Assembly: GCF_033153115.1 (NCBI RefSeq)
Contig: NW_026889757.1
Coordinates: forward strand, 2,294,001-2,358,000
From: Saccostrea echinata
Taxonomy: Eukaryota
Direction: 5' to 3'
Length of the DNA: 64,000 bases
The translations under genes were made by a program, and so were the position numbers. Of this stretch, positions 1 through 13,962 are shown piece by piece (position 1 is the stretch's first letter; each line of letters starts with the position of its first letter). The notes beneath the pieces were generated by a model. The model searched no databases, had not been told where the DNA came from, and saw only the letters and a program-made list of their open reading frames with translations.

Positions 1-738
1 CAGATAATTGTTAAATTTTTGGAAACATGATGTTCATTGAAAAATAATACACTTGTACCTTCAAGGTGCATATAGATGAATTTTGAAAGGATTATACATC
101 TAAGCATATACTAACCCATTCATGTTTCAAATGCATGTAACCTGTATCTTTTATATTAGAAATCATCCTGCCATATAATGATAAAAGAACTAATTTAAGT
201 TCATTTTGTATGCGTCTCACTACATACATGGTCAATCCTTGATATTTCAAACTTGATGGAGCAAGAAAAACCTTCAAGATATCCAAATATTCAAGACACA
301 AATTAAGATATTGATAAATGAGGTTAAAATAAAGAAAAAGTGGATGTTTTTAATTAGATACTGATGTTTGACAGCATGTGAGACATTCATCAATTGAAAG
401 TGAGCTATTTTATGTTTGATTTATACTTTTGCACCACATGTTACCTTTTATATGACCTATGGACTCCCAGAAACTACATGTACCTTATTTAAGTTGGAAA
501 ATTTTAAAATGAAATAAGCGTCGATCATGATATTTTCTATTTCTAATTACCATTCCAGTTTAAAATACTGAATTCATGTACAAAATCTCTCAAAGACCTT
601 ATTAATAGTCTGTACTTATAATTAATTAATTATTAACCTCAAAGTTGCCATGGATGAGCTTCATGACATACTAATATCTGTATGAAATTATGCAAGTTGG
701 GCATGATGTTAGCCAGCCTTTATATCATGAAGATGATA

Positions 739-938
739 CTGTACATGTACATAAGTTGGTGTGTTTAAAATTTAGCGCAATCACTGGGTATAGAATTGTT
801 GGCGAAATCATGAATTACATGTCCGTGCCGTATATTGTATTTATAAATGACCTCTTAGCGGTATTCATGAATTAGCGGATCGTTGTCTGCGCCAAAGCCG
901 CTAAAATAAGAAGCCCGCTTTTTTAAGTACATATACAG
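739..938. mobile_element. Short MITE with TA target-site duplication
   Basis: Left end TA|CTGTACATGTACATAA and right end TTAAGTACATATACAG|TA are inverted repeats; the interior is CpG-richer than the flanks. Confidence 0.6.
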
Positions 939-3878
939 TATTTCACAAGTTAGTTCTTTTGTTGACAATGAAGCATGTTAAATAAGGTTGCCAGGGGCAA
1001 TCCCATCTTCCTAATTCCTCACGGATTCCTCAGTCCAACACACTGTAAATGGTCATCTTGTTTAGCTAAATGTTATATCTATTTTTGTTTGTAGTTGTGT
1101 GTGTGTAACACTGATCTCAAGGGAATTTCCAACTCTCAAACACCTTTGAACCTGTTGAAATCTTTGTTAGTCTTATACATGTTGCTCATTCTTACTTAAC
1201 TATACTAAATACTAAAAATTTCAGTGTTTCTCTGAGTTCAGAACACATTAAAACACAAATAAAGGTCAACATTTTATTTGAGTACAACAACCACCTGACA
1301 AAGTGTTTGTTTTAATATCTTAACAAAGCCTTTCTTACATAACCTGCTGATAATTTCAAAAACATGGAACAACCTGCATATTATTAACTAAATAACTAAT
1401 GATTTGATAAAATCATTAAAAACAACTAAAAGATTCAAAACAAAACAAAATCAAATCTAAATTTACATTAACCATTGCAAATATTTCAAACTGAAAGACA
1501 CTGAAAGAAAAGTTAACATTTTTTCCAGGTGAAAATTACTTCTCTTTACTATCAACTTTTCTTCACCTTTAACTTTTTTCATTTTACCTTGACGAATGTT
1601 TTTCAAATCGGAGAAAAAAAATAAAAATCACTATTAAAGAATATGGTTGCAATAAATATTTTAAGAATCAAATGCAAATACATATCAAAAGTGCAAGCCA
1701 ACTGAGGTAATTCAAAAGTGTCTTGTATTATCTAGGAAATGCTATGGGTGGGTAGGGGACAAGGGGGAAATCCAAACACCACAATACCAGGTAGGGAAAC
1801 TAATACAGATCTAATTTGCTTGATATGTAATTATGTGCATTTTCACATATCTTTATTAATCAGATTTACATGTTTTAAATAATAAACAGCTTTTTTTTCT
1901 CTCTCTCTCTCTCTCCAAAAACCACTGTTGAAAGACTTTTGTGATTTACAGAGCAAGATTCCAAAACGGGTCAATTCGAATTTGATTCATAGTTGAAATG
2001 AAGGCACGCAAATATACTGAAGTAAAAGACATTAAAACACAAATAGAACATTATACAGAAAAAAAAATTTGCACTTGGACTACAGGCAGTGCAAAGGAGG
2101 ACAAACATGAAAAAATAAAATTAAAAACTGAACAATCAAACATATACAAACTCAGAACTGAAGTATCTGTGATCACACACTGTTACACATGTGTGTATTG
2201 CTGTTTAGTTTCAGTTTATAATGTATGTATATAAAAAGAAAATAAATAAGTACGATATGAGTGAAATAATGAAGAAAAAAGAGTATGATATGAAAAAACA
2301 CAGATATATCTCCCTGTCAAAGACTGAATTCAACATTTTACAATCTTATCTCAAAGTTGGTACATGTAGTAAAAGTACTGCATGTCCCACCCAACAACCT
2401 TCAGTTAATGCAGACACATCAATATCCTGGGTACAAATTAAAGACAAATGAATGAAACAGGCAATAAAAAAATTCATGAATAAAAGCAAAATGATTAAAG
2501 GTAACAACATGTATGATTAATAACATCAAATAAGTGAGAAATGAAAAGGCAAATAATATAATGTATACATAAATGGTGATATCAATGAACCAAACTCAGA
2601 GCAACTGCACATGTACAATGTATTCAACTCCGTTGCTTAACAATACTTCTTCAACAAAAATCTCTTGGATCCCATGAGCTACTTTCAACATTTAACATAC
2701 ATGTGTTCTAATTTTTAGAATTCAGTGCTCACATATATCTCATTGCCAGTGTTTTAATCAAAATGGATATCAAGAAAATAAAATTGTTTCTCAAACAAAA
2801 CACTTATTCTGAAGGTCAATAAACTACCAGTAGTTGTGAAACAAAAATTCTGTTATCTACACAAATCATTGAACATACAGTATAAATCCCTCATTTACAC
2901 AACCTAAATATACAGATGTTCATCTTACTGATAGTTTTTGATCTCTGGTATATTCCCTTATTTTATTCCACTTTTTACATGACAAGGGAAATTTGAGAGA
3001 TGAATCTCAATACATGTAGAAGAATACCATCTGTCCATCAATTTCATTTGTCATTTTATCTATTCATAAGAAACATAAATTCTGAAACTGGATTGAAAAA
3101 AAGACATTTTTTATTAGCATTAAACACCAGTGAATTTAAACACTAGATTCAGACCCTATAGACCAGAAGACCAGTACATACATGTACATACACAAATTGT
3201 GATACACAGCATGTTGTAGAGCACATGAAGAGTGTATATAATGCCATCCAGTACAACTATGTTTATGAACAATAAAACTTATATTTGGCATCAATAGAAA
3301 ACATCTACTTCATTTGCCACATGTGTTAGAAATAAGGATGTAACATTTATTTATACTTACATGCTGAATTAAAAAAAAAAAGTAAAAAATCACACTTGCA
3401 ATCATTTTTCAGTAAAAGTTGAAATTCTATATTAAGAAACTGGTTATATAGCAATTAGAACTTAAAATAAGTTTTTAACTCCTTTAACAGATTCCAAAAG
3501 CCAGCTGTATATGTTATCCTTAAATAATGTATTATGCAAAAATGATTGATATAAAATCACCTTTTAGAGACCTTCTTAATATTTCAATAAAGCATTTGCC
3601 ATTTTTAGAACATTATACATGATGTAAAACCCTTTTGAGCAGTTTTTTGATTAACTGTACATGTACATTACACAAGAGAACTTTGTTCCAAAACCTTTTA
3701 GAACTTTCTGAAGAAGAAATGGGAAAAATCACTAAAAGTATACATAACATACACCCAAAACCATGCAATGTTGTTTGTCTTCCCTTTTCCATCCAGTCTT
3801 GTATCCTGTATTTCATAGTGAGAGATTCTGACAAAATAGGTATGTAAGAGTTAATGCCCCTAATCTTTGTCTGATGTA

Positions 3879-6800
3879 CTATTGTATAGAGCAAAATGAG
3901 CTTTTCTGTGTCATTGGTACGGGTTTGGCAGTTGCGTCGTGTTTTGAGTCAATAATTTCTGCCTTGACAACTCTCTGATGTTGCTCTACTTCTGGCTTAG
4001 TCAACCTGATTCCAAGAATTTCAGCTGCTACTCTTTGAAAACATAAACTCACCTGGAAAAAATAATTTAATCAAAGACTTGTACTTATTTATGACATGAA
4101 AACTAAATTAATGAAATTCTCATGACAATTCAAAAAACACTTGTTTTATAAATTGACTTGCAGACATATATGCTAACATGGTGTGTACATTAATTCTTCC
4201 TTTCTTTGCTGCAAAACGGGTGTATTAAATGCATTATGTTACATACATGTACATTGTCCCGTCCTTTCTGACATTATGTTACATACATTGTGTCCTGTCT
4301 AATCTGACATTGTTTAACATCCATTGTCGATGGTCTTGATCAATTTAGTGTTTTATATATTTTCCTTTCTTTTCTGACTCCTTGTTACATATATCGTATT
4401 TTCTTAGCTAACATTGTCTTAACTTTTACTTACATTGTCCCCTGTTTTGGCTGACACAAAATGGCTAGACATGCCTCTCTCTTGAGCAAACTTCTGATGC
4501 TTATCCATCTTTACTGTCCTCATGTGTTCAAGGTCAACTTAAATACAAAAATATACTATAGCTCCAAATCAAATTATATTTCTGTACCAAAGAATGAGAT
4601 AAATTAAAACATATCTTTTATAATTACTCATTTTTTAACCATATCTAGCTACTATTATATCAACATTTAATATGAAAAAAAAAATTATGCATCTCCCAAA
4701 ATATTGAATTTATGAAGAAAAAAATAACATGTGTTGTAAGCATATTTTTTCCCATAGAAAAACTAAAAATATGTCCATAGGACATGAATGCCCCACCCAG
4801 GGTTCATTAGTAATGCAACACAAAAAATCATTTTAGTGTACGAAGTTTGATGAAAATACCTTGAATAGTCTCTTTAAAACTGAGTTTAACACACAACAAA
4901 TAGTAAAGTCAAAGGTCATTGGGAAGTTCAATGTAAAAAAAAATGAACACTGTTGATAAATTCTCATCAGTATATTAGGTTTGATTAAAATATCTTGAAT
5001 ATCTTGAATAGTCTCTTTGAAACGAAGCTTAATAAGATGTGAGGTCAAAGGCAAAGGAAAGGTCAAGGTCAAAAAAATGTTGATGCAGTTGAACAGCTCT
5101 CAACAATATATCTAAGCATATAAGATTTGATAAAAATATCTTGAGTTTTTTTTGAAATTGAGATAATCATTAAGAAAGTGAGGTCGAGGTCAAAAAATGT
5201 TGATGCAGTTGAATAGCTCTCATCAATATGTTACAGCATATGAAGTTTGATAAAAATATCTTGAACAGTTTCTTTGAAACTGAGCTAAACCCAAAAGAAG
5301 ATGGAAGGATAGAAGGATGGAAAGACAGGGCAGAGGGATGGAAGAAGGACATGACAAATACTATATGCTCCAGCCATATTCATGGTGAGGAATAAACATC
5401 AATTTTTTCTCTATCTTATCAGTAACTGCATACTTGAGTTTCCCAGAAATATCAACCAATAACTGAATATTACGTCTTGAGTTCTTACTTTTATTGCCGA
5501 CAAGTGCTAAGTGAGGCATCTTGGTGTCTTTTCCAAAGACTTTTTTTGCACAGCTATACCAGTCTTCCACATTCTCAAAGCTTGCAAGGTTTGTGATATC
5601 ATACACCAAAAGAATACCCTGCACAAAATCAACACAACCTGTAAATTTTTAAAACTGAAATATTCTTGGAATGAAACGGAGTGAATGAATTTGTTTAAAA
5701 TTCACCATGAAACATAATCATGACAGGACTTATCAATAATATCAATTAAGTAATAGTCTAAATGTGGACATTGAGAATTTTTATAAAAAAGAGTCCTCCT
5801 ACACTTGATCCGTATACGTAGGTTTCTAGCATTTTCCCTCCCAAGGTTTGTCCACCAATATCCCACACCTGCAGGGCTACGTGGACATTTCCTGCAAAAG
5901 AGATGCATGTGATTACATGTACATACATTTACCAAAGACATAATGGATATATCATGTTCCTGCATTCGGAGAATTCATATTTTACTGTGAAATTCAATCA
6001 ATTATGCATGAGATATATTTTAAAAAGTTGTAATTTACTCTAGACTGCATGCACATAAAATACAGGTACATTAGATTTATAATACCTGTCATAAAATCAT
6101 CAGATTATTATCGAATTTTTTTAAATCAAAATATTGATTATATTGAGCTGAAGGTAAGAGAATTCTTATCACAAACCAGGTAAAACGATCCTCTTTAAGA
6201 AGAAATCCAGGCCGACAGTCTGTTTATAATTTCTCCCAAACTGCTCCTGGGAGTAGCGGGTTGCAAGAGATGTCTGAATTACAGTAAAATATTTATTAAT
6301 ACATGTACAATGAAAATCTTATCAAAATCTAAGATTATGATGTCAATTCATGTGTGAACATTTGGAAACTCAATTCAGCAAAATTTTCCAAACTTTCATG
6401 TTTAACTTTAGGTAGGATTTAGTAATATACCAGATACAAACCCTCCTTTCTGTTTCTGCACCCTGGTAGCTGCAGAACTGTATCTCTCTGGTTGAGAAAA
6501 TTCGGACAGATAAACCAGAGAGCTACAGATCCAAGCATTGTAAAAACCTTCGATTTACGCCGCCGCTTTTTTGTCGCTCGCTTTGGGTATTATTTCTTGT
6601 ATTTTATGTGTTCCCCCAATTTACAAATGGTATCCAATAATTATAATCATAAAATTTACTCCTATTCTTTATACTTTATTTACCTTTCAACGGTTCCAAA
6701 TGTCCCTATGTGGTCTTAGAATATCATTTTAAAAATTCCCCATCCCAATGTCCATGTTGGGAGTCATGTGTAAAAAGTTTTTAAAAGAACATCCATCTGT

Positions 6801-6891
6801 CGAGAAAATGTGAATTAAAAAAGTCTGGAGGTTCAAGTATCATGTATATTAATTCACTTGTCTATAAAGAAAACAATATGTATGTAAAAAG

Positions 6892-6928
<37 letters not shown>

Positions 6929-8908
6929 TAACTTTGGCCATGCTGTTCTTTACCAGATTTCCCTCTTTTATAATATACCTATTGTGGCCCCGCCCTACCA
7001 CCGGGGGTCAAAATTTGAACAATTTAGAATCTACACTACCTCAGGATGCATCCAAATATGTCTCAGCTTTATTGGTCCAGTGGTTCTTGAAAAGAAGATT
7101 TTTAAAGATTTTTCTTTAAGTTATATATTTCAATGTAAAACTTGGATTCCCTATTGTGTCCCGCCCTACCTTCCGGGGTCAAGATTTGAACAATTTAGAA
7201 TCTACACTACCCCAGGATGCTTCCATATAAGTTTCAGCTTTTCTGGCCCAGTGGTTCTTGAGAAGAAGATTTTTTAAAGATTTTTCCTATATATTTCAAT
7301 GTAAAACTTGGATTCCCTATTGTGGCCCCGCCCTACCCCCAGGGGTCATGATTTGTACAATTTAGAATCTACACTACCCAAGGATGCTTCCATATAAGTT
7401 TCAGCTTTTCTGGCCCAGTGGTTCTTGAGAAGAAGATTTTTAAAGATTTTTCCTATATATTTCAATGTAAAACTTGGATTCCCTACTGTGGCCCTGCCCT
7501 ACCCCCGGGGGTCATGATTTGAGCAGTTTAGAATCTACACTACCCCAGGATGCTTCCATATAAGTTTCAGTTTTTCTGGCCCAGTGGTTCTTGAGAAGAA
7601 GATTTTTAAAGATTTTTCCTATATATTTCAATGTAAAACTTGGATTCCCTACTGTGGCCCCGCCCTACCCCCGAGGATCATGATTTGAACAATTTAGATT
7701 CTACACTACCCCAGGATGCTTTATATAAGTTTCAGTGTTTCTGGCCCAGTGGATCTTGAGAAGAAGATTTTTAAAGATTTTTCCTATATATTTCAATGTA
7801 AAACTTGCATTCCCTATTGTGGCCCTGCCCTACCCCCAGGGGTCATGATTTGAACAGTTTAGAATCTACACTACCCCAGGATGCTTCCATATAAGTTTCA
7901 GTTTTTCTGGCCCAGTGGTTCTTGAGAAGAAGATTTTTTAATATTTTTCCTATATATTTCAATGTAAAACTTGGATTCCCTATTGTGGCCCCGCCCTACC
8001 CCCAGGGGTCATGATTTGAACAGTTTAGAATCTACACTATCCCAGGATGCTTCCATATAAGTTTCAGTATTTCTGGCCCAGTGGTTCTTGAGAAGAAGAT
8101 TTGTAAAGATTTTTCCTATATATTTCAATGTAAAACTTGGATTCCCTATTGTGGCCCCGCCCTACCCCCGGGGATCATGATTTGAACAATTTAGATTCTA
8201 CACTACCCCAGGATGCTTTATATAAGTTTTAGTGTTTCTGGCCCAGTGGTTCTTGAGAAGAAGATTTTTAAAGATTTTTCCTATATATTTCAATGTAAAA
8301 CTTGGATTCCCTATTGTGGCCCTGCCCTACCCCCGGGGATCATGATTTGAAGAATTTAGAATCTACACTACCCCAGGATGCTTCCATATAAGTTTCAGCT
8401 TTTCTGGCCTTGTGGTTCTTGAGAAGAAGATTTTTAAAGATTTTTCTTATGTATTTCAATGTAAAACTTGGATTCCCTATTGTGGCCACGCCCTACCCCC
8501 GGGGGTCATGATTTGAACAATTTAGAATCTACACTACCCCAGGATGCTTTCATATAAGTTTCAGTGTTTCTGGCCCAGTGGTTCTTGAGAAGAAGATTTT
8601 TAAAGATTTTTCTTATGTATTTCAATGTAAAACTTGGATTCCCTATTGTGGCCCCGCCCTACCCCCGGGGGTCATGATTTTAACAATTTAGAATCTACAC
8701 TACCCCAGGATGCTTCCATATAAGTTTCAGTATTTCTGGCCCAGTGGTTCTTGAGAAGAAGATTTTTTAATGATCCCACCCTATTTTTGTCTTTTCTTGA
8801 TTATCTCCCCTTGTAAGGGGACTTGGCCCTTTATTTTAACAATTTACACTCCCCTTCACCCAAGGATACTTTGTACCAAGTTTGGTTAAAATTGGTCCAG
8901 TGGTTCTT

Positions 8909-8942
<34 letters not shown>

Positions 8943-8997
8943 GGACGGACAGACGGACGGACGGACGGACGGACAGACGGACGGACGACGGACAATG

Positions 8998-9045
<48 letters not shown>

Positions 9046-9391
9046 TGAGATAAAACCAATCGGGCGTGTTATTTTTAGCATTACACTAACATGGAGCTTG
9101 GAATGCATTTTTTAAAACTGATACTCCAGCTGTTTGGAATCGTTGAAAGGTAAATAATGTGTCAAAAATGGGAGTAAAATATATAATTTGTTATCTGATA
9201 CCACGTTTGTAGCGTTGGAATGCATAAAATACAAGAAATAATACCCAAAGCAAGCAACAAAAAAGCGGCGGCGTAAATTGAAGGTTTTTACAATTCTTGG
9301 ATCTGTAGCTCTCTGGTTTATCTGTCTGAATTTTCTCAACCAGAGAGCTACAGTTCTGCAGCTAGCACCCTGGAAGCTTCCATAATTTTTT

Positions 9392-9422
<31 letters not shown>

Positions 9423-11077
9423 GGATCCTATCACTCGGTCTCCCCCCACCACCATATGAAAATTACTTATAAAATCCACATTTTGAATGTTATTGCTGAT
9501 TCTAATTACTATAATATATCAAGTTCTCAGGAAATTGTTTATCATGTTTATTTCTGTTATATACAGTTGAACTTTGGTATCTCGAACACTGATATCTCGA
9601 ACACCATGGATATGTCGGAGTGATTTGGAAGTCCCAACCGCTTATTCTTTAAGCATTTTACCTTCGATATCTCAAATCCTCGGATATCTCGGAAGTTTTT
9701 TCTTTTTTCATCGAGTTCAAGATAATAAGGTTTGACTGTACATGTATATCTGTGATAAGATTTGATAATTTGTTTCAGATTATTCTTCTAAGGACATGAA
9801 GGACAAAATGTGTTCGTGAAATTAACAAATGCCACTGATGAATGACTGGATTGTTATTAATTCCTGTTATAGCTATTAAAGTCTCATTTGATGTTTGATG
9901 GGAGAAAAGTAAACCAATAAGGATTTTTTTGGGGGGTCTTAGGCTATAGTCTGACTTTCATATATTGCTGTATATTCTAAAATCCGTGACAATTGACCCT
10001 TTTTTGTACAGGGTCCTGTACCACTTCAACTGGGAATTCTGAATTGGAAAAAAAGGTGAACTTTGGAAATATTGATAACATATAATTATGTTCTACTGCA
10101 GACTGTAGGCTTATCCACTATGCACACCTTTATATAATCTCAGAATTCAAAAATTTTGATAAAATGCACTGAAACATTCAATCTGCTTGTCATTGGTAAA
10201 TTTTTATCTTCATTTCTGGAAAAAAGAGTCAATTTTTAATTGGAACAGGGTCCTTTTACCAGGCCTGTATCATGTGTATGCAATGGATATTAAACCTTGC
10301 TTGGGCATTGTCTATATAATAAAACACTTTCAATGATTTCAAAAAAAGTTGAAGATAAAATTATACAAGTTAGTTGTAAAATAATCATAAATAATCATAC
10401 ACTGATATTTCTTTGTATTTCTCACTTGTACATAAAGAACTTCTTAGAAGGCATTCACAGACAGCTGAGCATTACTATAAATTTTAAAATTATGTATAAG
10501 ATCATTTATTGATATGAATGCCTGTAGTGCCAAAATTGTTATACTTTATTAAACTATAATTTATTAATTTATCAAAAGGTGTTCAATTGTTTGTAGAGAA
10601 TATTTCTAAACAATATAATAATCATGATAATTAGTTTGTTACACCAAAAATTTGGAGTAAATTATTTTTAACAAGACAGCTAATAAAATAACAAAAATAT
10701 TAACATCTAAAAATTCAGGAAATTGACATGTTTATTTACTAAATATATGACCCCTAATCATGCTAATTTCAAACTTGTATTTGAATAAATGCATATGACC
10801 CTTTGATAACCTTTATGAATTCAACTGCTTTCTTTGACCTGTTGACGTCAACGTAAAACCTCAATCACATAGTGTGTGTTCTGCTAATTTAATAACATAA
10901 AATAACGATAACCTTTACATAATTCGATCGATCAACAGTTCGTGACAAGTAGATAAACCCGATTTTCGTTGGATACTGTCCAACACTGTAACATTTTCTT
11001 ACCTTTCCAGAGGCACCATCTCCAATAATCACGATTTTCAGTTGCTTATCCGGTGCCTCATCTTCTGAGTCAGACAT
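3879..11077 (-). CDS. RAB28: Ras-related protein Rab-28 (222 aa, 6 exons)
   Basis: Exons 11003-11077, 6177-6273, 5803-5891, 5489-5618, 4434-4537, 3879-4052; all GT-AG and phase-consistent (669 nt). Protein starts [27 protein letters not shown] (P-loop), then [23 protein letters not shown] (Rab28-type G3 box), VGNK, VSAKTG, and ends in CAAX box CSIQ. Confidence 0.96.
4760..5397 (+). mobile_element. Degenerate Helentron-associated non-autonomous element (HINE-like) in RAB28 intron 4
   Basis: Diverged ~120-130 bp tandem units containing GGTCAAGGTCAAAAAATGTTGATGCAG, then a decayed GGAA/GGAT microsatellite and a weak terminal hairpin; same layout as the intact elements elsewhere in the window. 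Confidence 0.5.
6467..9364. mobile_element. Long-TIR MITE with 9-bp TSD (Mutator-like), interrupted by a HINE insertion
   Basis: ~140-bp terminal inverted repeats starting TAGCTGCAGAACTGTA (6467-~6608 vs ~9223-9364). Perfect direct repeat GCACCCTGG at 6458-6466 and 9365-9373. Confidence 0.85.
6894..9043 (+). mobile_element. Helentron-associated non-autonomous element (HINE/pearl-like) carrying a ~166-bp satellite array
   Basis: 5' end AACAAGAGGCCCATGGGCCACATCGCTCACCTGAG; about 11 tandem 165-166 bp units (~6975-8770); (ACGG/ACAG)n microsatellite ~8936-8993; 3' hairpin GCTCACTTGAGC-TTTCA-GCTCAGGTGAGC; subterminal inverted repeat GCTCACCTGAG/CTCAGGTGAGC. Confidence 0.9.
9564..9738. mobile_element. 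pogo/Tigger-like (Tc1/mariner) MITE
   Basis: TA|CAGTTGAACTTTGGTATCTCGAAC ... GTTCAAGATAATAAGGTTTGACTG|TA; internal repeated GATATCTCG motifs. Confidence 0.75.
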
Positions 11078-11984
11078 GGTGAATAAATTTTATCGTTAAA
11101 ATAGGAATTATCCGTTCAAAACCAACATCGTGGTAAGGGATAAATATTTACAAGAACCTGTCACTCGGTTGTCTGTTTCAAATGGGCACTTCCTTTCAAG
11201 AGCATTTCCCGCTATAATCTGAAGCGCTCAGAAGACGCAAATCGATTTCAACTCGCATGAACTTGTTGAGGGGTAACCAAGGGGTAGTTCAACTTTTAAT
11301 CGGACAAAAATTTCCAATTGACAAAGAAGGCAACTTAGCAGGAATGAAATATTTGAAAATTCACACAGTCAAATTGAAGACTACTTTCCCTAATGGGAAA
11401 TTAGGGACAGAGAAAATTGGAGAGAGAGGTATCATATATATTCCGCTATATATGAAAATGCGAATGCAATCATGAATGCAAACGTATGATCGAGGAACGC
11501 AAGGTTGAAATAAACGTTCATTTTCACCACTCTAAAGAGCTCCTAAAAAGAGGTTAAATCGAGAAAATGTTGGCCATGCAAAAGGACTCGTTTATTTTGC
11601 GAAAGGGCTCTATTTTCTACCCTCGAACTTTATATATTATTTTATGAATTTCATTCACTCTAAAATATGTACCTATACAGTTATGCTTTTTAAAATTCCA
11701 TTGATAAGAATTTACTTGTGTATATGTTGTTTAAGTTGTTTTCATTTGCAATAGAAGATCCGCATATATACACCGCTCCTGGGATGCTATCTAGATTGTT
11801 CATTTCGTGTTTAATATACTGTAAAGGAGAAACTTAAGCATATGAACTGGTGATTGGGGGGACGGGACCCCCCCTCCCCCGTGTTCCGTACCCAAAAGAT
11901 TCTGTGACTTTTTCCCCAAGCACCTGTGATTCTGTGGTGTAAATCAGATATGGATTTTCAAAAACTCTAAAGAACTTTTAGAAA

Positions 11985-12973
11985 AGGATGACTGCACTTA
12001 AGGATATGCGAAATCTGCGACAAAATAAACTTTCAAAACAAGCATTTTTCTTTTCATTGCAAGAATGGCCAACATCCAATCTACAACTTTATGTAATTAC
12101 GTTTATAATAAAAGTGTGTATTTACGAAGTTCGAATCTGTTTTCAAAGGCAGGGGTCATCACAATTTCTTGAATCTCCGTACGATAATGAGGACGCCCAC
12201 TTTTTTACTGACTTTATACGTAGTCAGCGCATGTTTGTCTATTGTTCTCCGTTTCACAATAGTTGTATATTTGCATAGATAATAATGTGTCAAAAGGAGA
12301 TTAATAGACAAACATGCGCTCATGGTTAAAAAGAGAAAAAACTGCTTCTTCTTACATTCGCTCTCTGTGTTGTAAACAAGGATTGCGACATGTTGAATAT
12401 TATAATTCACCACGTGATGTCCTACCTCAGGTAACTCTGTGAATACTAAATTCCGTCACGTGACTTGTAAGGTAGCATGTTTTGTGCTAACTAGGACATT
12501 GTGTTCGAATACGTTAAGTCATCTGGCATGGATATACAATCTGCTTTAATTACATTGACGTGCTCATATTGTTAGCTTCGTTTTGAAACCTTTGTCAGAA
12601 GTGTATTTGTGCCATACAGAATGGAGAGGGAGATTGGAAAGAGTGACCACATTCTTTTTTTCAAACATGTCATTGTTATTTATCAAGTCTAATTTTAGAC
12701 CCATATTTACAATGTTAGCTCCACCTCTTATGCATATCTAATGTTCATTCAAGGGCAGGTAAGTGTAAATTCACTATATTTTGAAAGCACTAAGGACAAA
12801 AAACATTGAATCATTTTATTGTATCACAGTCTAAAATCATTTTAAGATTTAAATTTGGTTCCAAATTGACAGGATTCTTTCATAAACATACAAAAGTGAA
12901 ATAAAGTTTAGATATAAAAGCAACAGAAGCAACCGAAAAAGACCCAAAAACAGGCGTTAAGTGCAGTCATCCT
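11985..12973. mobile_element. ~1-kb MITE (Kolobok-like AGG termini) between RAB28 and SRP72
   Basis: Perfect inverted repeat AGGATGACTGCACTTAA (11985-12001) / TTAAGTGCAGTCATCCT (12957-12973); TSD not clean. Confidence 0.65.
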
Positions 12974-13343
12974 TTTTAATCACCAAATTCTTCTAAAATA
13001 AATTACATCAAAACGTACGGCTTTTCTACATTTTATACAACCATTCCTCACAATAAATTAAAAATTAATCTTGTTGATATATAGACAACTGCTTTTTCTA
13101 TAAAAATGGAACTAAGAAATTTTCGTATCTTATGATTAGTCATAAACAAAATTCCGATTGGCATTAATTGTGCTCCTCTATTAGCCGAATTATTTTTATA
13201 TTTCCTATTAAGAAGAATTTATTCTGAAATTTCTACATGAGAAGAAGAAATTAAACACTTGCTGTGGCCTCTGTGCACCTCTGGAATTTCCGGGGGTCCA
13301 TCATGTTTTATATGCCCTGTTCACAGATCATTGCATTGTTCGT

Positions 13344-13385
<42 letters not shown>

Positions 13386-13933
13386 AGATCGATCTATCAC
13401 TGTTCGTTATCTCACCTTTTTCATTGTCGATCTAAATGTGATAACTGGGAAATCTCGTCTATCTTAACTGAGCTTTCCATTATTATTTTAAATTCAAACT
13501 TGAAGATTTTAAGAGGCAATTATTCTATAAAGAATGCATTTTCTCCAAAACTAATAAAACAAATCAGAATCGATTTTAAAAAATATAATTGAAAAAAAAT
13601 TCAGTCTTCTCCTTATTTCGATTATCTTTTTTTATCAAGGGGGGGGGTATAACTATTCATATTTTTAATTTGAAGATACTCTTTGAATTTCCAATTTTTT
13701 TCTTGGAAATCAGGAGTGTTTTAAAATAATGTTCATCACTGTAGATATATATTTGTTTTCTTCTCAATTATTTAACATGATGTCTGAGGTTTTAAATTTT
13801 GTTATTATCAGATTCACAATATTGTATAGCTGAGGCTAGGAAGGAAAAAGTTTTGAATTGTAAACATTTTCTGCGCACACACTACCCAGTAAGAATAATC
13901 TAGGAACGAACTACCTTTGACGTTTACCGGTCT

Positions 13934-13950
13934 CGCCATCAACTTCCGGT
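13934..13950. promoter_or_regulatory. SRP72 proximal promoter motifs (ETS-type ACTTCCGG, YY1-like CGCCATC)
   Basis: ACTTCCGG at 13942-13949 and CGCCATC at 13934-13940, just upstream of the ATG at 13963; both are common at housekeeping promoters. Confidence 0.4.
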
Positions 13951-13962
13951 TGTTAGAACAAT

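Noticed and set aside
1-3878. Short ORFs downstream of RAB28
   Set aside because: AT-rich, low-complexity translations with no motifs or coherent splice structure; more likely 3' UTR or intergenic DNA.
6975-8770. Regular array that could be read as CRISPR, or as a repeat protein (ORF 6906-7277)
   Set aside because: Units are head-to-tail with no unique spacers, no cas genes are present, and frames are broken; it is the HINE satellite core.
6492-9339. Twin similar ORFs 6492-6719(+) and 9112-9339(-) suggesting a duplicated gene
   Set aside because: They are translations of the two TIRs of one MITE and start at non-ATG codons.
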